Below are positions 1 through 9,448 of a DNA stretch of 64,000 nt, one piece after another (position 1 is the first letter of the stretch; the number at the start of each line of letters is the position of its first letter). Made by a program: the position numbers and the translations under genes. The DNA comes from an uncultured virus (IMG/VR IMGVR_UViG_3300043469_001223) (lineage: Duplodnaviria > Heunggongvirae > Uroviricota > Caudoviricetes), in the IMG/VR virus record IMGVR_UViG_3300043469_001223, one strand, 5' to 3'. The notes under the pieces are model-generated. The model saw only the letters and a list, made by a program, of their open reading frames with translations, searched no databases and was not told the origin of the DNA.

Positions 1-177
1 GATTCACTGGTAGTCAAGGTATTAATGGATATGACGGAAGTCAAGGATTCACTGGTAGTCAGGGAGTTGGATTCACTGGTAGTCAAGGTATTAATGGATT
101 TGTGGGTAGTCAAGGATTCACTGGTAGTCAGGGAGTTGGATTCACTGGTAGTCAAGGAGTCGGATTCACTGGTAGTC
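1..177 (+). repeat. Tandem coding repeat GGATTCACTGGTAGTC (GFTGS)
   Basis: Near-identical copies at about 1, 46, 69, 114, 138 and 162. Confidence 0.9.
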
Positions 178-422
178 GAGGAGCAGTAGTAGCAACAATA
201 TCTGCGACGCCACCAGTCACACCATCATTAGGTGATGTTTGGATTGATACTGACACGGGCATACAATATTTTTATATAGATGACGGCAATTCTACTCAGT
301 GGGTAGAGTTCAGTAATCCAGGTACTCTTGGATTTACTGGAAGTGTAGGGACAGGCAGCGGGGGCGGCTTAACCGCTTCACAAGTTTATGGACTAGGCAC
401 AGTGTTTAGTTTTGGAGGATAA
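3..422 (+). CDS. GFTGSQG-repeat tail fibre-like protein, 5'-truncated by window edge
   Basis: Frame open from nt 3. Repeated GFTGSQG units, then a 'PSLGDVWIDTDTG..YFY..DGNSTQWV' fibre-type motif. Confidence 0.75.
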   Translation, partial: FTGSQGINGYDGSQGFTGSQGVGFTGSQGINGFVGSQGFTGSQGVGFTGSQGVGFTGSRGAVVATISATPPVTPSLGDVWIDTDTGIQYFYIDDGNSTQWVEFSNPGTLGFTGSVGTGSGGGLTASQVYGLGTVFSFGG

Positions 423-423
423 C

Positions 424-777
424 ATGGCAACACCAAATTTATTAAGTTTAACAACAATTACACCAAAAACCGCAGTTCAATCAATAACAACTGCCGCAAC
501 TGCTATTGTTACCAACAGCACTGCCAGCAACACTGTGTTGAAAATCAGCGCATTATACATTAGTAATGTGGATGGTACAAATAATGAATCCGTCACTGTA
601 GATGTGTTTAGAAGCAGTGTTGCATATCACATTGCCAAAACTGTAGTTGTACCTGCTGATGCAACACTAGATGTAATTAATAAATCAATTTATCTAGAAG
701 AAGGTGATACATTGAGATTGACTGCTGGGGTCAATTCTCGTCTACAGGCAGTGTGCTCATATGAGGAAATTCAGTAA
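424..777 (+). CDS. Virion-associated hypothetical protein (paralog of 2199-2570)
   Basis: GGAGG RBS and ATG at 424. Similar to 2199-2570 (PNL..TTIT.KT ... YLEE ... CSYE). Confidence 0.75.
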   Translation: MATPNLLSLTTITPKTAVQSITTAATAIVTNSTASNTVLKISALYISNVDGTNNESVTVDVFRSSVAYHIAKTVVVPADATLDVINKSIYLEEGDTLRLTAGVNSRLQAVCSYEEIQ

Positions 778-1691
778 TGGGCAGGAATAATGGCGGCCTT
801 ATAGGTTCGTTGAATACACCAGATCCTCTGCTAGGATCTTCAGGTATATGGTCTATTAGTGAACAACAGCAAAACTTTAATAGATGGCCACCGGGGTTTA
901 TCGTATCTGAAGTTGAATATCTAGTTGTTGCTGGCGGCGGCGGCGGCAGCAATTATGGTGGTGGTGGCGCAGGAGGATTTAGAACCGGAACTTTAAGTAT
1001 TGCAAGTCAAGTAAGTTATACAATAACAGTAGGTGCAGGAGGTAGTGGCGGCACTACTGCTGCAAGCGGAGTGAACTCTGTGTTTTCTTCTATAACTTCT
1101 ACCGGTGGAGGTAGAGGTGGTGTTAGCAATGCCGGAGCAGGTGCTGCGGGTGGTTCAGGAGGAGGTGGCTCCTATACTAGTGGAGCTGCCGGCGACGGTA
1201 ATACCCCGTCTACAACTCCGTCTCAAGGTAGTAATGGTGGACAAGGAGGTCCCGGTAGCCCACAGTTTTCAGCTGGTGGTGGTGGTGGAGCAGGTGGTAC
1301 TGGATTTGCCGGCAATACTACTGGCGGCGGCGCTGGCGGCGCAGGAACATCATCGGCTATTTCAGGAAATGCCGTAACCTATGCAGGCGGCGGAGGCGGC
1401 GGACATTTTGCTGGAACGGCTGGCTTTTTTCCTGCAGGAGGCGCTGGCGGTGGTGGCCAAGGTGGTAGAGCTAGCGGCGGGTTTGCCCCGGGAACTTCTA
1501 ATACAGGTGGTGGCGGCGGTGGCGCCGGCAACACTACCAGTGCTGGCGGTGGTGGTGGATCTGGCATTGTCATCATTCGCTATCCAGACAGATTCAATGC
1601 AGCATCAGCCACAACAGGAAGCCCTACAATTACCACAGTTGGTGGATTTAGAATCTATACCTTCACCGGGTCCGGTAGCATAACATTCTAA
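777..1691 (+). CDS. Glycine-rich domain protein, probably a tail-fibre component
   Basis: VEYLVVAGGGGG...GSGIVIIRYP...FRIYTFTGSGSITF pattern typical of phage Gly-rich proteins. Confidence 0.75.
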   Translation: MGRNNGGLIGSLNTPDPLLGSSGIWSISEQQQNFNRWPPGFIVSEVEYLVVAGGGGGSNYGGGGAGGFRTGTLSIASQVSYTITVGAGGSGGTTAASGVNSVFSSITSTGGGRGGVSNAGAGAAGGSGGGGSYTSGAAGDGNTPSTTPSQGSNGGQGGPGSPQFSAGGGGGAGGTGFAGNTTGGGAGGAGTSSAISGNAVTYAGGGGGGHFAGTAGFFPAGGAGGGGQGGRASGGFAPGTSNTGGGGGGAGNTTSAGGGGGSGIVIIRYPDRFNAASATTGSPTITTVGGFRIYTFTGSGSITF

Positions 1692-1735
1692 AAAGTAACA
1701 ATCAGTTATCAAACAACAGATAAGTATACAATATT

Positions 1736-2197
1736 ATGTCATTAAATTTTCCATCATCACCGGCCCTCGACGCTCTCTATACTCTAGGAACTAGAACATG
1801 GAAGTTTAATGGCGAGGGCTGGGAAGTTGTTCCACCCCAGGGAGAATTGGGATATACTGGTTCAAAGGGTGATATTGGATATACAGGTAGTCAAGGCAGC
1901 AGCGCATCAATAAATTTTGTAACTAGAAATTACACAGGTAATGGTAGTAATACAACCTTTACCATTACGAACGGATTGACTGTAAACAGTGTGTTTGTAT
2001 TTGAAAACGGTATTATGCAGTTTCCCACAACTGATTATACTGTTAGTGGCACAAACTTAATATTTGTCACAGCACCTACAACAAATATGGCCATACAGAT
2101 AAGAGAAATAATCATTAGTGGCTCTGGTGGCTCTGGTGGATCCGGCGGAACTAGCAACGCAGCAATAGCAGGATACAATTTAGTCTTTGGAGGATAA
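1736..2197 (+). CDS. Tail-fibre-like protein with GYTGS repeats
   Basis: MSLNFPSSP..TWKFNGEGW N-terminus, GYTGSxG repeats, 'VFENGIMQFPTTDYTVSG' repeat unit. Confidence 0.7.
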   Translation: MSLNFPSSPALDALYTLGTRTWKFNGEGWEVVPPQGELGYTGSKGDIGYTGSQGSSASINFVTRNYTGNGSNTTFTITNGLTVNSVFVFENGIMQFPTTDYTVSGTNLIFVTAPTTNMAIQIREIIISGSGGSGGSGGTSNAAIAGYNLVFGG

Positions 2198-2198
2198 T

Positions 2199-2570
2199 AT
2201 GACAGCACCAAACTTAATCGGCGCAACAACAATTACAGGTAAGACCACCGGAACTAGTCTTACCACAACATCAACTACTACAGTGTTGAATAATCCATCA
2301 GATAGTGGAAAATGTTTGAAAGTCAACACATTGAACGTGGCAAATTATGGAGCCACAGCAACCAATGTAACTGTAAGTTGGTATAATACTGCAAGCATAG
2401 GAGGTGCTGCGTTTGCAATTATAAGTAATGCAGCGGTGCCGGCGGGAGCAACATTGAACGTTATTGACAAAACTAGTCAGTACTATTTAGAAGAAAACAA
2501 TAGTCTAGGCGCTGCGGCGGCGACAGGAAATTCATTGATAGTTACTTGTAGTTATGAGGATATAAGTTAA
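2199..2570 (+). CDS. Virion-associated hypothetical protein (paralog of 424-777)
   Basis: Same TTTGGAGGATAAnATG junction as the first copy, and protein similarity. Confidence 0.75.
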   Translation: MTAPNLIGATTITGKTTGTSLTTTSTTTVLNNPSDSGKCLKVNTLNVANYGATATNVTVSWYNTASIGGAAFAIISNAAVPAGATLNVIDKTSQYYLEENNSLGAAAATGNSLIVTCSYEDIS

Positions 2571-2571
2571 C

Positions 2572-3510
2572 ATGGTAAAACGGTACCTTGGCGGAATAAT
2601 ATCGGCTACACCCCCAACTATTAGCGCAGTAGCGGCGATAAATGGAGTTTTTAATGTTACTCAGCAAATGCAGGCTAGACAAACTAATACCTGGCCGCCG
2701 CTGTTTCGTATACCTGTTGATGATATACTTATAGTCGGAGGGGGTGGAGCGGGCGGTGCCGGAGCAAATAATGCACGTGGCGGCGGAGGTGGCGGCGGCG
2801 GCGCATACTTAACATTGTCTTCTCAGAATTTTGAGATTGGCCAAACCTATATCATCACAGTAGGCGGCGGCGGCACAATTGGAGGCGTGGCCAGTAGAAC
2901 TCAAACCAACGGAGGTAATAGCAGTATTACAACAGCAGGAGCAGTTGCGTATTCTGTCACAGCCAATGGAGGAGGTTTTGGTGGAACTGCCGGTGGTACT
3001 GGCTCTAGTTATGCTGCAACTCGTGCCGGAAATAGTTCCGGAAATGGGTCTGGAGGCGGTGGCGCCAACTCCAGTGGCGCTGCTGGTGCAGGCGGAGTTT
3101 ACGGTAGAAACGGTGGATCTACAGCAGAAACTGGCACCAGCGGCGGCGGCGGCGCAGGTGGTGGTGGAGCTGGCGGCGTGGGCGCAAACGGTGCTGGTAT
3201 AGTGCTGGCCGCCGGAGGTGCAGGGTTATCTAATGGTATTAGGGGCTCTGCTGTAACTTATTCACCAGGTGGCCAAGGCGCTCCAACCGCCGCAGGTAAT
3301 AGACCAGTTGCTGGCGATGCAAACACGGGTGGTGGCGGTGGTGGTGGTGGCACAGGTTCGACAGGTACCGCCGGTTCGTCCGGAGTTGTGGTACTTAGAT
3401 ACTCAAGTGCGTACCCGGCGGCCACATCTACTACTGGTGGTCCAACTATTACATTATTGAACGGTTTTAGAATCTACTCCTTCATTGGCTCAGGCTCTAT
3501 TACATTTTAA
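2572..3510 (+). CDS. Glycine-rich domain protein (paralog of 777-1691)
   Basis: Same architecture, ending GVVVLRY...FRIYSFIGSGSITF. Confidence 0.75.
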   Translation: MVKRYLGGIISATPPTISAVAAINGVFNVTQQMQARQTNTWPPLFRIPVDDILIVGGGGAGGAGANNARGGGGGGGGAYLTLSSQNFEIGQTYIITVGGGGTIGGVASRTQTNGGNSSITTAGAVAYSVTANGGGFGGTAGGTGSSYAATRAGNSSGNGSGGGGANSSGAAGAGGVYGRNGGSTAETGTSGGGGAGGGGAGGVGANGAGIVLAAGGAGLSNGIRGSAVTYSPGGQGAPTAAGNRPVAGDANTGGGGGGGGTGSTGTAGSSGVVVLRYSSAYPAATSTTGGPTITLLNGFRIYSFIGSGSITF

Positions 3511-3527
3511 ATATTAAAGGAAAAGAT

Positions 3528-3893
3528 ATGGCACATTTTGCCCAACTAGATGAAAATAATTCAGTAATTCAAGTAATCGTAGTAAACAACGATGTTTTAT
3601 TGGATGCTAACGGTAATGAAAGTGAACAATTGGGTCAAGAATTTTGTACACAGTTATTGGGTGGAAATTGGGTTCAAACCAGTTACAATGCTAATTTTAG
3701 AAAAAATTATGCGGGCACGGGCCATACATATGATCTAGAATTAGACGCATTTATACCTCCCAGTCCCTATCCAAGTTGGGTTCTTGACACAGATACCAGC
3801 CAATGGACTGCTCCAGTACCGTATCCAACTGACGGTGAAACATATACATGGGACGAAGATACACAATCTTGGATTCTACTCACGCTGTCTTGA
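3528..3893 (+). CDS. Conserved phage protein, possibly a tail-fibre assembly factor
   Basis: MAHFAQLDENN...WVQTSYN..FRKNYAG.G..YD...DAFIPP.PYPSW...W.APVPYP..Y.WDE pattern; AAGGA RBS. Confidence 0.65.
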   Translation: MAHFAQLDENNSVIQVIVVNNDVLLDANGNESEQLGQEFCTQLLGGNWVQTSYNANFRKNYAGTGHTYDLELDAFIPPSPYPSWVLDTDTSQWTAPVPYPTDGETYTWDEDTQSWILLTLS

Positions 3894-3920
3894 AACGTTA
3901 TTTGATCAAAATTTAAATAA

Positions 3921-4268
3921 ATGACTACTCAAATATCATCGAACAATATTCAGCCCAGTACATTGGATATTATATATATATCTGGCCCTAAAATTACCAG
4001 CGTGCAGGTTGCTAATGGTTCTTATATTGCAACAGGCGGAACCACAATAGGCACAACAGGTGGGTTTGCAATCATCAACGGATCTAATTTTTCAAGTAAC
4101 ATCAATGTTGTGATAGGTACAGCACTGGCCAGCACAGTTACATTTGTAAGCTCTGTTAGAATAAATATTCAAGTACCTGCACTAGCTGTGGGAAATTACA
4201 TTGTTTATGTCACAACCACTGACAATGGAAAAGTTGCAGTAAAACCGAATGGAATAACAATAGTATAA
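3921..4268 (+). CDS. IPT/TIG-like Ig-fold protein
   Basis: PKITSV...GG...I.GSNF...V.IG...VTFVSS..I..QVPA...G.Y.VYV; paralogous to the N-terminus of the next gene. Confidence 0.65.
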   Translation: MTTQISSNNIQPSTLDIIYISGPKITSVQVANGSYIATGGTTIGTTGGFAIINGSNFSSNINVVIGTALASTVTFVSSVRINIQVPALAVGNYIVYVTTTDNGKVAVKPNGITIV

Positions 4269-4270
4269 CT

Positions 4271-7200
4271 ATGCCTACTCAAATTAGTCAAGACAACATA
4301 CAACCTGCAACATTAGCCGCGTTGGGCGGCCCTACGTTAACCAACGTACAAATAACAGATGCCAGTTATGCTATTATTGATGATACCGCTGTATTACTAT
4401 CCGGTGGTTACATAAAACTCACAGGAACTAAGTTTGTTTCAGGATGTCAAGTTATTTTAGGCAGTGCAAACGCAACATCAGTTACATTTGTAAATAGTAC
4501 TACCCTAAATGTACAGGTTCCTGCACAGGTTGCGGGTACATATGTAGTGTATGTAGTCAATCCCGATGGTGGAGTCGCAATACGAGTTAATGGGTTAACC
4601 TATAGTGGAAACCCTACTTGGGTAACAGGTAGTACATTGCCCGATCAACCGGCAAATACTGCCATCTCTATACAACTAGAAACAACCGGAGATTCACCAC
4701 TAACATATGCGGTTCAAGCCGGTAGTAGTTTACCGAGCGGTGTTTCATTGTCCAGCAGTGGATTAATTACTGGATTAGTTGCAGTGGGTGTTGAAACACT
4801 TTATAATTTTACTATAGAAGCAATTGATGTGGAATTACAAGAAAGCCCCAGAGCCTTTACTGTTACTATAACGATCGCTGACCCTTTCTTTAAAAATGTC
4901 ACTACATTGATTAGTGCAAATTCCCCTGCAACTAGTGTATTTGTCGACGATGCAAGTACAAACAACTTCCCAGTATCTATATTTGGCGATACTAGACCAA
5001 ATAACTTCGGTCCATATACACCTGGATATTACAGTAATTTCTTTGATGGTACTGGTGATTTTATATCTAATCCGGGAAATGTAGCATTTAACCTAAGCTC
5101 CGGGTCGTGGACTGTTGAATGTTGGTTTTATCAAACAAGCTCAAAACAAGTTCAATTAATTTCATCAGGCGCCGCAAGATGGCGACTTGATGTAAACACA
5201 TCTCAACAAGTGACTTGGTTATTTAATACTGGCAGTAGTCAACTATCAAACAATACTGCTCCTTTGAACCAGTGGAATCATGTTGCCATGTGTTACGACG
5301 GAACAACAAATATACTGTACTTAAACGGTGTAGCGCAAACAGCTACTGGCGCACTTGTCCCGGGCTCCGATAATGCAAGTACATTTTACATTGGTAGAAA
5401 TCCAGATGCAGGCAGTGGATGGGACTTCAACGGATATATTTCTAATGTAAGAATAGTCAAAGGTTCTGCTGTTTATACAGCTAACTTTACACCGCCTACG
5501 GTACCACTAACTGCTATTGCAGGTACTACTTTATTAACTTGTCAGAGCAATAGATTTATTGATAACAGTACAAACAATTTTGCACTAACAGTAAATGGAA
5601 ATTTGGCTATATCAGGGTTTGATCCGTTTGTACCCAATACTAGTTATAGTGGATACGGCAGTACTTACTTTGATGGTACTGGGGACTTTTTAACGGCACA
5701 ATCAATGACGCTCGGAACTAGTGCCTTTACTATAGAGTTTTGGGCTTATCCTACATCAATACCAACAAACGCTATTATATTTGGTACCACTACAAACGGA
5801 GGTATACAATTACAAACAGATAGCGGTGGAAATTTAAATATTGGTACATACGGCGTAGGCAATACTATAGCAACATCGGGAAGTCCGTTTGTTACAAATA
5901 GATGGTTACATATTGTGGCTGTAAGAAGTGGAACAGGTGCAAACCAAACAAGTATATTTTTTAACGGTGTTCGTAATGTCAATGGTACAGTCAGCACAAA
6001 TTATGTAGCAGGACCAGCAACTATAGGCGGTGCAGCTTCACAGATGTTTTTTGGTTATATTAGTAATTTTAGAGTTGTTATAGGTACAGCAGTTTACGAT
6101 CCGACACAAACTACATTAACTGTACCTACTGAACCACTAACTGCTATCGCAGGTACAAGTTTATTGACTTGCCAAACCAATCAACCAGTCAACAACAATG
6201 TGTTCATTGACAACAGCACTAACAATTTCTTGATAACAAGAAATGGTAATACTACACAAGGAACATTCAGTCCCTACGGTGGTGGATGGAGCAACTACTT
6301 TGATGGTACTGGCGATTATTTAAGTATTCCGGACAACGCTGCGTTCACATTGGGCACTAATGACTTTACTTTTGAATGCTGGGTGTATCCAACTTCTATT
6401 ACTTCAGGAAATAATAATATATTGGCACAATGGGGTACCGGTAATGCATGGATCTTTAGATATGTTGCTGCTGGTCGACTACAATTTTCAGGGGCTGCTA
6501 CCAATGTAACAGGAACTACCACTGCGGTAGTCATCAACCAATGGAATCACGTTGCAATTACACGATCCAGCAGTACTGTTAGATTGTTTGTGAACGGAGT
6601 ATTAGATGCAACTACCGGCACAATAGGAGCACTAACCGACGGTGCAAGCCAAGTGACTGTTGGAGCATATTCAGACGGAACATCTGAATATGTTACCGGT
6701 TATATTAGTAATTTAAGGTTAGTCAAAGGCACCGCACTTTATACCGCTAACTTTACACCAAGCACCGCCCCACTGCAACCCATAGCTGGAACAAGTTTGT
6801 TGACCTGTGCTCGCAATCGACTCGTCGATGCCAGCCCCAACAACTTTGCCGTCACCAAGGCGGGTGATGTCAGTGTGCAAAAGTTCAGTCCTTTTACAGA
6901 AACCTCATTACCTACACCTTATTATAGCAACTACTTTGATGGTACTGGGGATTATTTAACTGTACCATCAAATGCTGCATTTAATATCACTTCGGGTAGC
7001 ACAGATTCTTTTAGTTGCGAGCTTTGGGTAAACTTTGCTACTGTTAGTGCCAACCGAACTATCATTGACAACGGCGGATTAGATACTGTCTCTTTTTCAA
7101 ACTGGGCAATATATTTAAATGCATCTAGTCAAATTGCTATAAATTGGGGAGCTTCTGGTGCACCTGGCAGCTCGGGGATCGGCGTTCTTCCTTCTAGTAC

Positions 7201-8851
7201 CGTTCCTGTTGCAGGTCAGTGGTATCACTTGGCATTGGTCAAAACAAATGCAGACTGGGCTTTGTTCATCAATGGCACTAGGGCAACATCTTTCAACGGA
7301 TTGAACACTGCTGCAAAAACCAGTGCCAGTGCTTTATATATTGGTTTTGGCATCATTGCTGGGGGCGGAGGCCATGTGGGGTATATTAGTAACGTTAGGA
7401 TTTATAATGGTGCTACTGGTTCTGCTCCCTACGCTGCTACATCTACTACGATAACAGTACCTACTGAACCACTAACTGCTATCGCAGGTACAAGTTTATT
7501 GACTTGCCAATCTAATACTTTCATAGATAACAGTACAAACAATTTTGCAATAACTGCGGTTGGTAACACGATACCATCCCAATTCGCACCATTCAACGTC
7601 GCTTACACTACTAGACAACGTTATACACCACAAGTGTTTGGCGGTAGTTCACGCTTTGATGGTACCAATGATTGGATTGGTTCTGCTCAGACCAATACCA
7701 CATCCGTAATGAATTTTGCTTCCGGTCAAGACTTCACTATGGAGTTATGGGTTTACTCAACTAGCGGTTTGGCAGATTACACAATAGCAAACTACGGCAC
7801 TTACAAAGAAGCATATAACAGTGAGCGGGTTATTTGGATTACTAACAAAAGCGCAAGTATCTTTATCAGCGGCGGCAGTAATACGAGCTCTGTACAATAT
7901 ACCGCGCTATTTCCGTCGTCGGCTACTTTATCAACTAATAGCTGGAACCACATTGCGCTAGTTCGTTCGAGTAATTTTATTAAAGTGTATGTAAATGGAG
8001 TAGGAGGAACAGCGGTCAGCGCACCTGGTGCAGCACAACCATTGAGTAGTCGATATGATTTAGCTGGACCTAACGGATTATGGTTAGGCGTTAATTCAAC
8101 CAATTGGACTGCTTTTAACCCAGTAGGTGTTACTGGTTACATCAGCGATTTTAGATATGTCAAAGGTACCGCACTCTACACCTCAAATTTCGTACCACAA
8201 AACACACCATTAACAGCAGTTAGAAACACTGTATTATTGATCAACGGAACCGGTGCTGGTGTCTATGACAGTTCGGGAATGAACAATTATGAAACTGTGG
8301 GTGATGCTAAAATTGACACCACAGTAGTTAAATTCACCGGCACAGAAAGCGTGAAGTTTGACGGTAATGGGGATAGTTTGACTTATATAGGCGGTGCCTC
8401 TATAAATTTTGGTACAGGCGACTTTACTATAGAACTTTGGGTAAACATGGCAAACACTAGTACATTTTCTTCGTTTTTACGACCTGACGATGGAGGATCG
8501 GTAGTGTCATTTGGTTACGATTGGAGCACCACCCAACTGAAGCTTGACGCAAGAAACGCGGTTATATTAAATGTGACGACCACAGCAGTAGTAGCAAATA
8601 CTTGGACTCATATAGCAGCTACCAGATCAGGCACATCACTGAGATTATTTGTTAACGGAACACAAGTTGGCTCCACTACTTCTAATTCAACTAATTTTGC
8701 ATCTGCTACCGGTCTTATATATATAGGTGGCAGTAGCTTTAGTGCTGCTCATAGTGTCAATGGTTATATTAGTGACTTTAGAATCACCCTAGGTATTGCC
8801 CGTTACACTGCTAACTTTACACCACCTACAGGTGTTTCCCTGACTCAGTAA
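4271..8851 (+). CDS. Large adhesin/tail protein: IPT/Ig domains plus about six LamG (concanavalin-A-like) domains
   Basis: Repeated YFDGTGD.L...FT.E.W.Y...WNHVA..R......F.NG...GYISN.R.VKG.A.YT.NFTP modules. Confidence 0.85.
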   Translation: MPTQISQDNIQPATLAALGGPTLTNVQITDASYAIIDDTAVLLSGGYIKLTGTKFVSGCQVILGSANATSVTFVNSTTLNVQVPAQVAGTYVVYVVNPDGGVAIRVNGLTYSGNPTWVTGSTLPDQPANTAISIQLETTGDSPLTYAVQAGSSLPSGVSLSSSGLITGLVAVGVETLYNFTIEAIDVELQESPRAFTVTITIADPFFKNVTTLISANSPATSVFVDDASTNNFPVSIFGDTRPNNFGPYTPGYYSNFFDGTGDFISNPGNVAFNLSSGSWTVECWFYQTSSKQVQLISSGAARWRLDVNTSQQVTWLFNTGSSQLSNNTAPLNQWNHVAMCYDGTTNILYLNGVAQTATGALVPGSDNASTFYIGRNPDAGSGWDFNGYISNVRIVKGSAVYTANFTPPTVPLTAIAGTTLLTCQSNRFIDNSTNNFALTVNGNLAISGFDPFVPNTSYSGYGSTYFDGTGDFLTAQSMTLGTSAFTIEFWAYPTSIPTNAIIFGTTTNGGIQLQTDSGGNLNIGTYGVGNTIATSGSPFVTNRWLHIVAVRSGTGANQTSIFFNGVRNVNGTVSTNYVAGPATIGGAASQMFFGYISNFRVVIGTAVYDPTQTTLTVPTEPLTAIAGTSLLTCQTNQPVNNNVFIDNSTNNFLITRNGNTTQGTFSPYGGGWSNYFDGTGDYLSIPDNAAFTLGTNDFTFECWVYPTSITSGNNNILAQWGTGNAWIFRYVAAGRLQFSGAATNVTGTTTAVVINQWNHVAITRSSSTVRLFVNGVLDATTGTIGALTDGASQVTVGAYSDGTSEYVTGYISNLRLVKGTALYTANFTPSTAPLQPIAGTSLLTCARNRLVDASPNNFAVTKAGDVSVQKFSPFTETSLPTPYYSNYFDGTGDYLTVPSNAAFNITSGSTDSFSCELWVNFATVSANRTIIDNGGLDTVSFSNWAIYLNASSQIAINWGASGAPGSSGIGVLPSSTVPVAGQWYHLALVKTNADWALFINGTRATSFNGLNTAAKTSASALYIGFGIIAGGGGHVGYISNVRIYNGATGSAPYAATSTTITVPTEPLTAIAGTSLLTCQSNTFIDNSTNNFAITAVGNTIPSQFAPFNVAYTTRQRYTPQVFGGSSRFDGTNDWIGSAQTNTTSVMNFASGQDFTMELWVYSTSGLADYTIANYGTYKEAYNSERVIWITNKSASIFISGGSNTSSVQYTALFPSSATLSTNSWNHIALVRSSNFIKVYVNGVGGTAVSAPGAAQPLSSRYDLAGPNGLWLGVNSTNWTAFNPVGVTGYISDFRYVKGTALYTSNFVPQNTPLTAVRNTVLLINGTGAGVYDSSGMNNYETVGDAKIDTTVVKFTGTESVKFDGNGDSLTYIGGASINFGTGDFTIELWVNMANTSTFSSFLRPDDGGSVVSFGYDWSTTQLKLDARNAVILNVTTTAVVANTWTHIAATRSGTSLRLFVNGTQVGSTTSNSTNFASATGLIYIGGSSFSAAHSVNGYISDFRITLGIARYTANFTPPTGVSLTQ

Positions 8852-8867
8852 CAGCGAAATACTATAG

Positions 8868-8891
8868 AAAAAGGACCTTCGGGTCCTTTTT
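8868..8891. terminator. Bidirectional intrinsic terminator
   Basis: AAAAA-GGACC-TTCG-GGTCC-TTTTT between convergent genes. Confidence 0.85.
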
Positions 8892-8943
8892 CATTACTTA
8901 CTATATTATGTTTGGGCTATGCCCTAATATTATTATTATAAAA

Positions 8944-9204
8944 TTATTTCTTAGCACCAGCATTGACAAAACTATACATTTTTTCCGCTGTCTCAAGAAC
9001 TTTTTCAAGTCCTGGAAACTCTGGCATACCAACTTTGGTAACGATCTGACCAGTCTTCTCGTCACGAGTAGCAGTCATTTCCCAACCTTGAAATTTGGAA
9101 TGAAATTCTTCGCTTACTAGTCCCTTTGCCATATCTAGGATATCTGTACGGATTTCGTATCCGTTTTTGTTGAATTTAACTTCTGGCAATTTTGGGGTTT
9201 CAAA
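8944..9204 (-). pseudogene. 5'-truncated second copy of the 13304-13573 gene
   Basis: Encodes [23 protein letters not shown]...FVNAGAKK but has no ATG/RBS of its own; abuts a LamG remnant. Confidence 0.75.
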
Positions 9205-9206
9205 AC

Positions 9207-9326
9207 TTTGGAGGCCAGGCTGGTGATTATTTGAACGGATACATTAGTGACTTCAGAATTACCAATGGTGTAGCACGTTACACTGCTAACTTCACGGCAC
9301 CTGCAGGTCCTTTCCAAACTTCTTAA
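9207..9326 (+). pseudogene. Orphan alternative C-terminus of the LamG protein
   Basis: Reads [39 protein letters not shown], homologous to the last ~30 codons of 4271-8851; no start codon. Confidence 0.8.
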
Positions 9327-9413
9327 CTTTACAGCACTGACAGAGTCTTACCTAGATTATTAAAAGATTAATTTCACGAGCATTATCCGATCAATGAGTA
9401 AAAATCAATATCA

Positions 9414-9441
9414 TTGACCCTACTAAGATATACTGTATAAT
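9414..9441 (+). promoter_or_regulatory. Sigma70-type promoter
   Basis: TTGACC-N16-TATAAT, 7 nt before ATG 9449. Confidence 0.6.
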
Positions 9442-9448
9442 TAATAGC

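Noticed and set aside
8760..9326. Gene end plus downstream similar copy as a DGR VR/TR pair
   Set aside because: Differences are mostly synonymous C/T third-position changes, not adenine-specific, and there is no reverse transcriptase in the window.
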